DNA of 64,000 nt, from the NCBI GenBank assembly GCA_003154195.1, contig PMCS01000030.1, forward strand, positions 59,446 through 123,445, given 5' to 3'. This stretch comes from Candidatus Omnitrophota bacterium (lineage in GTDB: Bacteria > Omnitrophota > Gorgyraeia > Duberdicusellales > 4484-171). The notes beneath the pieces are model-generated. The model did not search any database. It saw nothing but the letters and a program-made list of their open reading frames with translations, and was not told where the DNA came from. The number at the start of each line of letters is the position of its first letter. The stretch's first letter is position 1. The translations under genes were made by a program, and so were the position numbers. This document shows positions 1 through 9,561 of this stretch, in pieces.

Positions 1-3
1 TCC

Positions 4-1383
4 ATGGGATTAGGGAAAGCATTCGGTATATCTTATCAATCGATACAGGTTTTAATCCAATTGCTGCTTCTTTTTTTGACTCAAATATTAATTTTGCAAA
101 TCATGCGGTTATTGAAAATTAATAAACTGATAACTGCTTTAACAATTCTTTATTTGGGAATTTCGCCGGCAATCGTAAATTCTGCTTTAAGTTTGTTTTC
201 GGAAATTATCACTTATCCTTTAATCCTGGCCGTCATGCTTCTAACTTATAAATCATGGATTTCTTTAACCGGCCGCAGGGGAAGGATTTTTTTGCTGGCT
301 ATACCGGCCGGTTTACTTTTTGCTGCGTTAACCTTAGCCAAAGGGATTTTTGAGGTGGTAACGCCGGTTTTTCTTTTTTTGTTTATCGTTTCGGCATTTT
401 TTACCCTTAATCGAAAAATTATTATCAATATTTTGCTGTACTCAATAGTTTTTTCCGCAGTTTTTTATCCGCTGGTTAATACTTATAAAGCGTTAAATAA
501 AAGATTTAACGGTCATTTTGTCGTTACCGATCGCGGGGAATGGGTAGTTTACGGTTATACGGTTCAGCGAACGGAGCCATTAACGACGGAACGTTTTTTG
601 GCCGGGTTAGCTTATGTGCCCGGCGAAGGCGTATGCAAATCTATATTCGGCGAACAAAAATGCAGCTTTTGGGATTTTCGAAAAGGCAGCCGGTTCGGCA
701 TGGAGAAAATGCAAGATCTTATAAATACAAAAACTATGTCGACGGCAGAAGTGCGCAATACCCTGATTTGGCTGGCCAAAGAAAGAATTCAACAGAACCC
801 GGCTCAATATATACTGCTTACTGCGATGGAAGGGGCAAAAATGTTTTTTTGGGAATCAAGCCAAATGGGTTTTGTCGAATATCCCCCCGGGTTAACAAAA
901 TTATTTTCCTGGGGGCCGTTTAAAAACGGGTTGCGGCTGGGGATATCGTTCTTGCTGTTGCTGGTTTTTGTTTGCGCGGGGACATTTTTTTGGAAAGAAA
1001 GGAAAACAGTGTTAAAAACAGAAAACCCGTCTTTATTCTCCTTCGCCGAATACCCTGCGGCTTGCCGTAGGGATGCCCTCCTTCGCCAAGGCTTCGGAGA
1101 GGTCTCTTCGAAGCTTGAAGAGCGAAGAAGGAAAGGCTCTGCTGCTTGGCTTCGGAGAAATGAAGCTGGATACCCCGCGGCTTGCCGCGGGGAGAACATT
1201 GGTGCTTCATTTATCTATTTTTGCCTGCTATTTATATTTGCTTTTGTAGGCTGTTATTCGTTGCTTCTTATCATCCCCCGATATATTTTACCGGTTGCGC
1301 CGCTGCATTTGGTTATTGCCGCCTATGTTTTTCAGAAAATATTATTAAACAAAAAGACGGTCTTCGAGGAAACATCCATATGA
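4..1383 (+). CDS. Polytopic membrane protein, GT-C/ArnT-like glycosyltransferase candidate (probably 5'-truncated by window edge; carries an in-frame palindromic insertion)
   Basis: Many hydrophobic helices, SE motif after TM (LFSEIITYP), C-terminal PRY motif, glycan-locus context. Confidence 0.6.
   Translation: MGLGKAFGISYQSIQVLIQLLLLFLTQILILQIMRLLKINKLITALTILYLGISPAIVNSALSLFSEIITYPLILAVMLLTYKSWISLTGRRGRIFLLAIPAGLLFAALTLAKGIFEVVTPVFLFLFIVSAFFTLNRKIIINILLYSIVFSAVFYPLVNTYKALNKRFNGHFVVTDRGEWVVYGYTVQRTEPLTTERFLAGLAYVPGEGVCKSIFGEQKCSFWDFRKGSRFGMEKMQDLINTKTMSTAEVRNTLIWLAKERIQQNPAQYILLTAMEGAKMFFWESSQMGFVEYPPGLTKLFSWGPFKNGLRLGISFLLLLVFVCAGTFFWKERKTVLKTENPSLFSFAEYPAACRRDALLRQGFGEVSSKLEERRRKGSAAWLRRNEAGYPAACRGENIGASFIYFCLLFIFAFVGCYSLLLIIPRYILPVAPLHLVIAAYVFQKILLNKKTVFEETSI
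1037..1210 (+). mobile_element. Miniature palindromic element (IS200/IS605-derived PATE-like), in-frame in CDS
   Basis: Both ends match 17767-17935; follows TTTAT; two CCC(T/C)GCGGCTTGCCG(T/C)(A/G)GGG hairpins; 174 nt = 58 codons. Confidence 0.75.
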
Positions 1384-2840
1384 AAGTTTTGATTTATGTA
1401 GTTTGTTACAATGCCCGGGAGCATATCCATAACGTTTTAAAAAGGATACCCCTGCGGTATCGCGATAACCGCGATGTCGCGTTGCTGGTCAGCGATGACT
1501 GTTCATCCGACAATACCGCCGAAATAGCTTCGCAAAGCTGCAAGGAGTTGGGTTATACTAATTACGAGGTATTCCGGACAAAAGTAAACCAGGGTTACGG
1601 CGGCAACCAGAAGATCGGGTACAATTATGCCTGCAGCAACAATTTTGATTATGTTATTTTGTTGCATGGCGACGGCCAGTATGCGCCCGAAGAACTGGAT
1701 AACTTTTTTAAATTATTCGATGATCAACCGGACGTAATCCTTGGTTCCCGGATGCTGGTAAAAAAAGACGCGCTAAAAGGGAAAATGCCGGTTATAAGAT
1801 TCATTTCCAATATAATTTTAACCAGGATTCAAAATTTTTTAGCGCAAACCGACTTCGCGGAATTTCATACCGGATACCGGGCTTATTCCACGAAATTTCT
1901 TAAGGAAGTTCCCTTCGAATTAAATTCCAATGATTTTGATTTCGATACGGATATTTTGCTCCAGGCTAAATTTTTGGGGAAAAAAATAAAAGAATTTCCC
2001 ATATCAACTTTTTATGGCCAGGAAAAGTCTCGCGTCAAACTTATAAAATACGGCATTGATATTCTTAAAACAACCTTAAGATTTAAGCTGCAGCAAATGG
2101 GGATAGGGTGTTCGTTGAAGTTCAGGGGCAGCAAGCAATCGGTATATAAAGATAAGTTCGGTTATAAGTACACTTCGCATTACTATTTACTCGAAACAAT
2201 AAAAATTTTCAAACCGAAAAGAATACTGGAAATATCATCCGGAGCCGGATACCTGGGCGAAAAGCTGAAAGATGATAATATCTGGCTCGCCGGCATTGAC
2301 CTGTTTTGCCCCCAAAATGAATATTACAACCAATTTTTTTGCGAAAATATCGAACAATTCGACTGGAATAAATTGGACGGCGATCATTTCGATATGGTTT
2401 GCCTTATGGATATTCTGGAGCATTTGAAAGAACCGGAAAGCATTTTATTGGAGTTAAGACGCAACCCTAAATTCGAGAATGCGGTTTTTGTTATCAGTGT
2501 TCCCAACGTCGCGTTTTTTTCGATCAGGATCGGATTGCTTTTCGGTTCTTTTAATTATGCCGACAGGGGAATCCTCGATATCAGCCATAAACGTTTATTT
2601 ACCCACAGCTCTTTCAGCACGATGCTTAAAGAATGCGGGTTTAAAATCAGCAAAACTATACCGATTCCCCCGCCGTTTAAATTATTAAGCCAAGGTTTTA
2701 TTTCTTCTATCCTGGCGATAATTTTTAATTTATTAAATAAAGTTCTTCCCGGGTTATTTGCATTCCAGATTATAAAAATAGCTGTGCCTATCCCGGTCTC
2801 TACCAATATAATCAACAAACACCTGGAAAAATATAGTTAG
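1380..2840 (+). CDS. Bifunctional GT2 glycosyltransferase / class I SAM methyltransferase
   Basis: N-terminal DDCSSD, NQGYGGNQK, HGDGQY, EFHTGYRAY; C-terminal DILEH and SVPN..GILDISH; ATG at 1380 overlaps upstream stop (ATGA). Confidence 0.85.
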   Translation: MKVLIYVVCYNAREHIHNVLKRIPLRYRDNRDVALLVSDDCSSDNTAEIASQSCKELGYTNYEVFRTKVNQGYGGNQKIGYNYACSNNFDYVILLHGDGQYAPEELDNFFKLFDDQPDVILGSRMLVKKDALKGKMPVIRFISNIILTRIQNFLAQTDFAEFHTGYRAYSTKFLKEVPFELNSNDFDFDTDILLQAKFLGKKIKEFPISTFYGQEKSRVKLIKYGIDILKTTLRFKLQQMGIGCSLKFRGSKQSVYKDKFGYKYTSHYYLLETIKIFKPKRILEISSGAGYLGEKLKDDNIWLAGIDLFCPQNEYYNQFFCENIEQFDWNKLDGDHFDMVCLMDILEHLKEPESILLELRRNPKFENAVFVISVPNVAFFSIRIGLLFGSFNYADRGILDISHKRLFTHSSFSTMLKECGFKISKTIPIPPPFKLLSQGFISSILAIIFNLLNKVLPGLFAFQIIKIAVPIPVSTNIINKHLEKYS

Positions 2841-2861
2841 GAAGAAATTTGAGGGGATGGA

Positions 2862-4781
2862 ATGAATTACTTGCAGTTCGGATTATTTTTTATCTATGTT
2901 TTTTCTACTCTTTTGTGCGGAGCGGGTATCTATAATTTTATCGATAAAGGCCGTAAATCCATTATAAATAGAAGTATTTATTTAGGCGAAGTGTTTTTGC
3001 TGGGCAGTATTCTTCTTGTAGGGGAAATGCTGTTTTTATCTTTAATCGGGTTATATAAAGCCCCTTATCTCTGGGCGGTGGTGTTGGCAAATTTTATCCT
3101 TCTTTTCAATAAGGATATCAGGGGAGGAATCAGTTATCTTTGGTCAAAAAAAATAGCCGATGTTTTTCCGACAAGTATTTTCATTATTCTACTTGTTATT
3201 TTCTTTTTTAGAAATTGCTATTTTTTGTTTGATACGGATTCCTGTTCCACTTATTTATTTGCTCAAAAACTTTGGCTTTCTGCCGGGTCAAGCCTTACCG
3301 GCGGCATTGGGAGCGACGTGAGGATATTTGCCCCACAGTTTAACGCTGTTCCTTACAGTTTAGGATTGTCTCTTTTCGGCAACGAAACTTTATTCCCTCA
3401 GCTGGTGAATTTATTTTGGCGCCTGATCGTCCTTTTTCTGGTTTTTGGATATACGCGCTATCGTTTTAATGGATATTATGGATTAGCTGCCGCGATGTTC
3501 GTTCTTTTGAATGAGCATTTCTTTTATTCGGGTATCAACAAGGCGGTGATAATAAATGGAGCCGTTATCGCTTTTATTTTTGCCGCGGCATATAATTTTT
3601 GGGAAAGTCGTACCCAAAAAAATGATTTTCGTTTTTTATTAGCCCTGGTTTTCTTGAGCCAGATTATCGCTAATAAATATCAGGCGGCCGGAGTTTTATT
3701 TTTTTTAACCGTAATGGGATTTTTTGCGCAATTTAATCCCGTGAAACAAATAAAAGAAATACTGTACAATAGAAAATGGCGGGGTATTTTATTGGGGGCT
3801 TTGTTTATCCTGTCTTTATGGTTTATTAAGAATTTTTTATTGACCGGGGATCCGCTATTTCCGGCTTTTGCCGGTAAGCTTGGGGTTTTTAATTGGAACC
3901 CCGAACTGGAAAAAGTAATATTAAAGACGAGTTCAAGTTTAACCGCCGCGAAGTTTTTTAAATATATGAACTTCTTTTTTATCTGGCCGGGGATTAATGC
4001 CGCGAAATATGTAATCCTGACTATTGCTTTTTTTCCTTTAATTATTTTCAGGTATAGTATGAAATCCGAAATAGACAAGAGCCTGATTTTTGAATTGTCT
4101 TTTTGGCTGGGGGTTTCTTTATTAACGGTCATGGGGATATGTTTTGTAGCCTGGCAGGATCCCCGAGCTTACCGTTATCTCATCGGAGTGCTATCTTTTA
4201 CGGCTGTTTTTTCTATCCACTTTATCTTAAGATATGTATTTAATATTAGAAAAAAAATATTGTTATGCAGTGTAATGTTGATTTTACCCTTAATGGCTGG
4301 GGCTAATGAGGGTTACAAAATTATTTATCAAGCAGGGGGAGGCCTTGAAGTACCTGCGCTAAGAGATAATATCGATGTTATTTTAAATATAGCCCACACT
4401 GATCTCGTTATTAAAAAGCACTATCCCAACGTAGCATCAATACTAAATGTAATAAATGAAAATGAAGGAAAAATGGCCAAGAGCGCCTGGGATATCAATT
4501 CTTTTGACCTGAATTTCCCAGCTTTCTTTTTACCGGTGAGGCCGGTGGTTTCATTATGGGCGAGTACGATTATCAAATGGGATTCGTATAGCAGTGACAG
4601 CTTGATCGTTAATGATTTAAGAAGTTTTGGTATTGAATGGATTATGGAAATGAGGGAGGGAAAACTGGTTTTTCTTCCCATTGAAGAGTATGCCCGGGAA
4701 GCGGCGCGGTATGAGCGTTATCCGAAAACAACTTCCTTTGATTATGGGTTTCCCGAAGAATTAACCAGGGTTGTTTATTGA
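2862..4781 (+). CDS. Polytopic membrane protein (GT-C-like, glycan locus)
   Basis: 639 aa, many TM segments, TGDPLFP motif. Confidence 0.6.
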   Translation: MNYLQFGLFFIYVFSTLLCGAGIYNFIDKGRKSIINRSIYLGEVFLLGSILLVGEMLFLSLIGLYKAPYLWAVVLANFILLFNKDIRGGISYLWSKKIADVFPTSIFIILLVIFFFRNCYFLFDTDSCSTYLFAQKLWLSAGSSLTGGIGSDVRIFAPQFNAVPYSLGLSLFGNETLFPQLVNLFWRLIVLFLVFGYTRYRFNGYYGLAAAMFVLLNEHFFYSGINKAVIINGAVIAFIFAAAYNFWESRTQKNDFRFLLALVFLSQIIANKYQAAGVLFFLTVMGFFAQFNPVKQIKEILYNRKWRGILLGALFILSLWFIKNFLLTGDPLFPAFAGKLGVFNWNPELEKVILKTSSSLTAAKFFKYMNFFFIWPGINAAKYVILTIAFFPLIIFRYSMKSEIDKSLIFELSFWLGVSLLTVMGICFVAWQDPRAYRYLIGVLSFTAVFSIHFILRYVFNIRKKILLCSVMLILPLMAGANEGYKIIYQAGGGLEVPALRDNIDVILNIAHTDLVIKKHYPNVASILNVINENEGKMAKSAWDINSFDLNFPAFFLPVRPVVSLWASTIIKWDSYSSDSLIVNDLRSFGIEWIMEMREGKLVFLPIEEYAREAARYERYPKTTSFDYGFPEELTRVVY

Positions 4782-5011
4782 TTTTTCCGGCTGGACTGCC
4801 GGCGAAATCGCCGGCGAGCCGGAAAAATTTCCCGCCTTTGGCGGTATCCCGCTTCCCTGATATAAATATTCAAGGAAGGCGGTTATCAGGGTTGAATTCC
4901 CTGCAGCTTGTTGCGGGGAGGCTAAAGAGATATGCCCGATTATAAAAGCTATTTTAAAAGACCGGCCGTTTGGGATGTTTATACCCTAGCGGTAACTATT
5001 TTGTATATGCT

Positions 5012-6667
5012 ATGGAAAGTAAAAGTTATTTTGGCAAGATTTTTTTAAGAGTATCTCATTTACCTACTATTCTTTTGATTGCGGGGTACTTGAGCTATTG
5101 GATCGAATTATATTTTATAAGAAAAAAAGGAGGAGCGGCTTCTCCTTTTGCTTTTATTTTATTTGCGGCATTTTCGATTTTTGTATTGTTTCATCGAAGG
5201 CGGCATATCCGGCAATTTTTTTCGTGGTTTGTTCAAGAGTACAAAAAACAGGAAAAAATAAGCAAGTATTTTTTGATAATTTCCTTCGGGCTTATTATCC
5301 CCATAATTATCATTGCATTTTATGCTCATTTGCTGCCGCCCCATCTAATCCAGGAATCCGATGCTTTAAATTATCATTTCACCTTACCTCATCAGCATCT
5401 TATCTCCGGTTCTTTTAAACATATCCGCTGGTCTTCGGCAGATTTATTTCCCTTGCCGGTACAATTTGCCCTGGCGCCATATTGGTTTGTGACCGAGCTG
5501 CCTAATAAATTTCCTCAATTTTTCTTTTTGATCGGCCTGGTTTTGGTAGCGGTCAATCTAGTGAAACAACTCGGTAATAATAATGTTTTCACCATGTGCC
5601 TTATGGCGTTTTCTATTTTTGGTTCGCATTTTTTAGGCATCCAGATCGGTACGGCAATGCTGGATATCGTTTTATGCTATCTTCTTTTTGCCGCGCTGGA
5701 TAGTTTTTTACAAGGCGACATTCTGGCAAGCGCAGTTGAGTTTACTTTTTTCTTATGGTCGAAATCCTTCATGCCTTTCCAGGTTTTTTTTATCGCCCTT
5801 GCCATGCTGCTGCTTTTTTTTATTCTTAAAAGGGCAGGGTTTAAAGATATCGGCTGGGGATTTACCGAAATAAACAGCCAGGATAATAAGCGGCGCTATC
5901 TTGCCCTATTAAAAAAAATGCCGGTACTTCTTATTTTGTTTACCGTCTTGATCGGCGGGCCTTTTTTAATCAAGTCGGCTTATTATTCAGGAACACCGCT
6001 ATTTCCTTTTATGCCGGGGATTATCAAGATAAACAAAAATATTGATAAGAACTCCGATGCCTGGCGATCTATATTAGCATCGTCGGAGTCCTATGTGAGC
6101 AAGAAAGATATGTATGGGTATGGGAGGTCCCCGGTTGCTTTTATACGCCATTTATTCTTGATCGCTGTTCCGGAAGAGGGGGTTAATAACCGGTATGATT
6201 ATCCGGTAGGTTTGCCATATTTGCTTTTCGCAGGGCCATTTTTATATTTTTTATTTTTTTCGTTAAAGAAAAAACAATTCGTAATCCTGCCGTTGTTTAT
6301 AATATTTTATTGGATATCCTGGTGGTTTGGTTCGCACCAGACAAGATTTCTTTATATTCCTATTTTTCTTATTATTGCCGTGAGTTTACCGGCAATAAAA
6401 GTTAAATCTAAGATATTTATGGCGGCGATAGTGATTTCATTATTAACTACCGGGATGTCGGTATTCCGGGCTCACCGTAAAGATTTTGGATTATTAGGAA
6501 AAATCGATATTCTAAGAGAAAAAGACCGGCGAATAGTGGAAATGAATAAGAGATATTCGGGGATTGATAGAGGCAGTGCAATTTCTCTCGACTATTACGA
6601 TGTTGCCTACGCGAAGTTCCCGGTTAATGTAACAAAGGAAGAATTACCCTGGATTTTATCCCGTTAG
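5012..6667 (+). CDS. Polytopic membrane protein (GT-C-like, glycan locus)
   Basis: DALNYHF loop motif, GTPLFP, QTRFL; many TM segments; ATG at 5012 preferred over TTG at 4970. Confidence 0.6.
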   Translation: MESKSYFGKIFLRVSHLPTILLIAGYLSYWIELYFIRKKGGAASPFAFILFAAFSIFVLFHRRRHIRQFFSWFVQEYKKQEKISKYFLIISFGLIIPIIIIAFYAHLLPPHLIQESDALNYHFTLPHQHLISGSFKHIRWSSADLFPLPVQFALAPYWFVTELPNKFPQFFFLIGLVLVAVNLVKQLGNNNVFTMCLMAFSIFGSHFLGIQIGTAMLDIVLCYLLFAALDSFLQGDILASAVEFTFFLWSKSFMPFQVFFIALAMLLLFFILKRAGFKDIGWGFTEINSQDNKRRYLALLKKMPVLLILFTVLIGGPFLIKSAYYSGTPLFPFMPGIIKINKNIDKNSDAWRSILASSESYVSKKDMYGYGRSPVAFIRHLFLIAVPEEGVNNRYDYPVGLPYLLFAGPFLYFLFFSLKKKQFVILPLFIIFYWISWWFGSHQTRFLYIPIFLIIAVSLPAIKVKSKIFMAAIVISLLTTGMSVFRAHRKDFGLLGKIDILREKDRRIVEMNKRYSGIDRGSAISLDYYDVAYAKFPVNVTKEELPWILSR

Positions 6668-6992
6668 CAGGAATATCCCCGCCGTGAGGCGGGGGATGAT
6701 AGCAGGACGGGGCGTCGCCCCACGGGGCGTATTAGAGAGGTACCACGGGCGCTCGCCTCTCGGCGAAGCCGAAGGGTAAGCCCGTGGGGCTCCAGTACCG
6801 CGTCAACTTAATTTTTAATAGTGGTGCGCGGTACAAGTGCATGTAGAAATTAATTTTTCCTGAAGCGATACCGGTAAAAATTAATTTGACAGTGCACTAG
6901 TCGGTGCGAAGCCGCGAAGATTGACAACAAACCCACCGACAAAGTCGGTGGCAAATTTTGCCGCGCCGGCGCGGTTACAAAAGAAGAAAGAC

Positions 6993-8396
6993 GTGAAAAT
7001 ATATTTGATTAATCCCCCATGGTTTACCAAAGAAGATAATATCTGGTCTTATATCAGAGGAGTTAACCCGCCTTTGGGGCTGCTCAATTTAGCGGCTTAT
7101 CTTGAAAAAGCAAAAGTTGACGTTGATATTATCGATTTCCAGACTTCTTCCTGGAGTTGGGAAGGAATAGAGCGAAAAGTTCAATCGCTAAAATGTGATT
7201 TTTTTGGGATAACCGCTACTACTCCTATCGTAAATAATGCTTATCGTATTTGTGACATAATAAAATATTTACATCCTTCATCGAAAATCATCCTCGGTGG
7301 AGTCCACGCTACGGCATTGCCGGAGGAAGCTTTAGGCAAGCCGGCGATTGATTACGTGGTACGGGGCGAAGGGGAAGTCGCGTTGTTGAGTTTAATCCAG
7401 GGGGCGCCGCTTGACGGTATAGCGGGAATTTCTTATAGGGAAAATGGAAAATATAAGCATGTTAAGCCTGACGGCATCATACCCGACTTAGATGATTTAC
7501 CTTTTCCCGCTTACCATAAAATAAACTTATCCGATTATCATCCTACGGTAGGATCCTACAAAAGGCTGCCGGCAGTTAGTCTGCTTACCACGCGAGGGTG
7601 TATGGGAAAATGTACTTTTTGTAATTCGGCGAATATCCCCTTAAGGGTAAGGAATGCGGATAATATTTTTCAGGAAATAGAAATGCTTTCAAGGAAATAT
7701 GGCATAAAAGAAATATCTTTCTATGATGATACTTTTGTCGCCTATCGTAAAAATATAATGAGATTATGCGAATTGATTATCAAGAATAAACTCGATTTAA
7801 CATGGTCGTGTTTTGCCCGGACAGATTGCGTAAACACGGACATTTTGAAAATAATGAAACGAGCCGGTTGCCATCAGATCATGTATGGGATTGAATCGGC
7901 CCAAAAGGAAATTCTGGCAAATATCAAAAAACACTGCATTGATAGCCGCAGCATCAAGCAGGCGATAGAAATTACTAAAAAAGCCGGGATAACTGTGCGT
8001 TGCGCTTTTATGTTCGGTAGTCCGGGAGAAACAGAAGAAACGATAGACGATACTATCGAATATTCGATACGGCTCGATCCGGATATCGCGATATATAATA
8101 TAACTACTCCTTACCCCGGGACAGAAATGTTCAGGTGGGCAAAAGAGCGGGGATATTTAAGAACAGAGAATTGGGATGATTACGACTTAAGCAAGCCGAT
8201 TATGGATTTGCCTACTATCAACGGGAAGGTTTTGACGCAAAAATACCGACAGGCCTTTGTCCGGTTTTATTTCAGGCCCAAACTAATCTTTAAAAAAATG
8301 TTCAGCATAAGATTTTTGACGGATTTACCTATTTTAATCAAAGGTATGAAGAGTATCCTTAATTTTGCGTGCCGGATCCGTAATGAAGGGGTTTAA
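6993..8396 (+). CDS. Cobalamin-binding (class B) radical SAM protein
   Basis: PPLGL, GGVHAT B12-binding region, RGCMGKCTFC (CxxxCxxC), GIES, TPYPGT; likely GTG start at 6993. Confidence 0.9.
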   Translation: MKIYLINPPWFTKEDNIWSYIRGVNPPLGLLNLAAYLEKAKVDVDIIDFQTSSWSWEGIERKVQSLKCDFFGITATTPIVNNAYRICDIIKYLHPSSKIILGGVHATALPEEALGKPAIDYVVRGEGEVALLSLIQGAPLDGIAGISYRENGKYKHVKPDGIIPDLDDLPFPAYHKINLSDYHPTVGSYKRLPAVSLLTTRGCMGKCTFCNSANIPLRVRNADNIFQEIEMLSRKYGIKEISFYDDTFVAYRKNIMRLCELIIKNKLDLTWSCFARTDCVNTDILKIMKRAGCHQIMYGIESAQKEILANIKKHCIDSRSIKQAIEITKKAGITVRCAFMFGSPGETEETIDDTIEYSIRLDPDIAIYNITTPYPGTEMFRWAKERGYLRTENWDDYDLSKPIMDLPTINGKVLTQKYRQAFVRFYFRPKLIFKKMFSIRFLTDLPILIKGMKSILNFACRIRNEGV

Positions 8397-9177
8397 AAAT
8401 ATGGCTGGAAAATATAATTATTTTAACATTCTGGGCGTAAAGGTTTCGGCGATAGCTATCGACGATGCCTGCAATTTTGTGAAAGGCGCGATAGCGGATA
8501 ATACAAAGACCTATGTCTGCGTGTGCCCGGTCAGCACGATTATGGAGTGCCAAAAAGATGAGAGAATGATGGCGGTAGTTAACTCGGCTGGTTTAGTTAC
8601 CCCTGACGGTATGCCGGTGGTATGGCTGGGAAAAATTAAAGGATATAAGAATATAAGCAGGGTTTATGGCCCGGATTTAATCTCTGAACTTTGTAAGATC
8701 TCCGAAGGGAAAGGATACAAAAATTATTTCTATGGCTGCACCCCTGATGTTTTAGATAAGCTTAAGCAAAGATTAAAAGATGTTTTTCCCGGTTTGTTGA
8801 TAGCAGGGATGTATTCTCCGCCGTTTCGTCAATTGGCCAAAGAAGAGGATGATGGGGTCGTTAAGGATATAAATAATGTTAATCCGGATATAATATGGGT
8901 AGGCCTGGGCTCGCCCAAGCAGGATATCTGGATGTATGAGCATAGGGATAGAATCAACGCGCCGGTGATGGTGGGTGTCGGCGCGGCGTTTGATTTTTTG
9001 GCCGGGACCAAGCCCCAGGCGCCAAAGTGGATGCGCGATAACGGCTTGGAATGGTTATTCCGCCTGGTTAGCGAGCCTAAGCGGTTATGGAAGAGATATC
9101 TTATCGGTAATACTTTGTTTATTTGGTATCTGCTTGGGGAGTTGACCCGGCAGCGGTTTCGACCGGGGCGAAAATAA
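8383..9177 (+). CDS. WecB/TagA/CpsF family glycosyltransferase (GT26)
   Basis: PDGMP, RVYGPDL, VGLGSPKQ, GVGAAFDF, GLEWLFRL..EPKRLWKRY; exact start (8383 or 8401) uncertain. Confidence 0.93.
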   Translation: MKGFKNMAGKYNYFNILGVKVSAIAIDDACNFVKGAIADNTKTYVCVCPVSTIMECQKDERMMAVVNSAGLVTPDGMPVVWLGKIKGYKNISRVYGPDLISELCKISEGKGYKNYFYGCTPDVLDKLKQRLKDVFPGLLIAGMYSPPFRQLAKEEDDGVVKDINNVNPDIIWVGLGSPKQDIWMYEHRDRINAPVMVGVGAAFDFLAGTKPQAPKWMRDNGLEWLFRLVSEPKRLWKRYLIGNTLFIWYLLGELTRQRFRPGRK

Positions 9178-9209
9178 CTGTACGAACAAATTTTTGAACA
9201 AATTTTGAA

Positions 9210-9237
9210 TTGACGCTGTTTTAGCTTATGATATAGT
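9210..9237 (+). promoter_or_regulatory. sigma70-type promoter (TTGACG-16-TATAGT, extended TG)
   Basis: Sequence match; near-identical copy at 12913-12940. Confidence 0.55.
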
Positions 9238-9463
9238 AGACTACATTAGAAAGTCCATGCCTGAATGTGCCCGTTTTTTTTCGTGTAATCAAAATGCGCC
9301 CAACGATTTTTCTTGTTAGAATGATTCCTGTTTTTTGCGCGACAAAAAGTTAATTACCACTGACTGAAATTGGTGGTTTTATTGTTGAACTATCCCCTAC
9401 GGGGATAGTTCAACTACATCCCGCCGTATACGGCGGGATAAGTTTCGCTACCGTCTCACACTA

Positions 9464-9522
9464 CGCCCCCGCCATCCCATAGATGGCGAGGTCTCGTCAA
9501 TTCGTTTAACGAATTGACGGAC
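9464..9522 (-). repeat. Dispersed double-hairpin repeat (second copy 47341-47399)
   Basis: Reverse complement GTCCGTCAATTCGTTAAACGAATTGACGAGACCTCGCCATCTATGGGATGGCGGGG matches the 47341 copy. Confidence 0.8.
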
Positions 9523-9561
9523 TTCAGGCTTGTGCCCGGCGAAGTCTCATTAATAAAAATA

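Noticed and set aside
1182-1379. N-terminal extension of the 552-aa ORF
   Set aside because: Overlaps the upstream CDS and starts in a repeat; GT2 homology begins at ATG 1380
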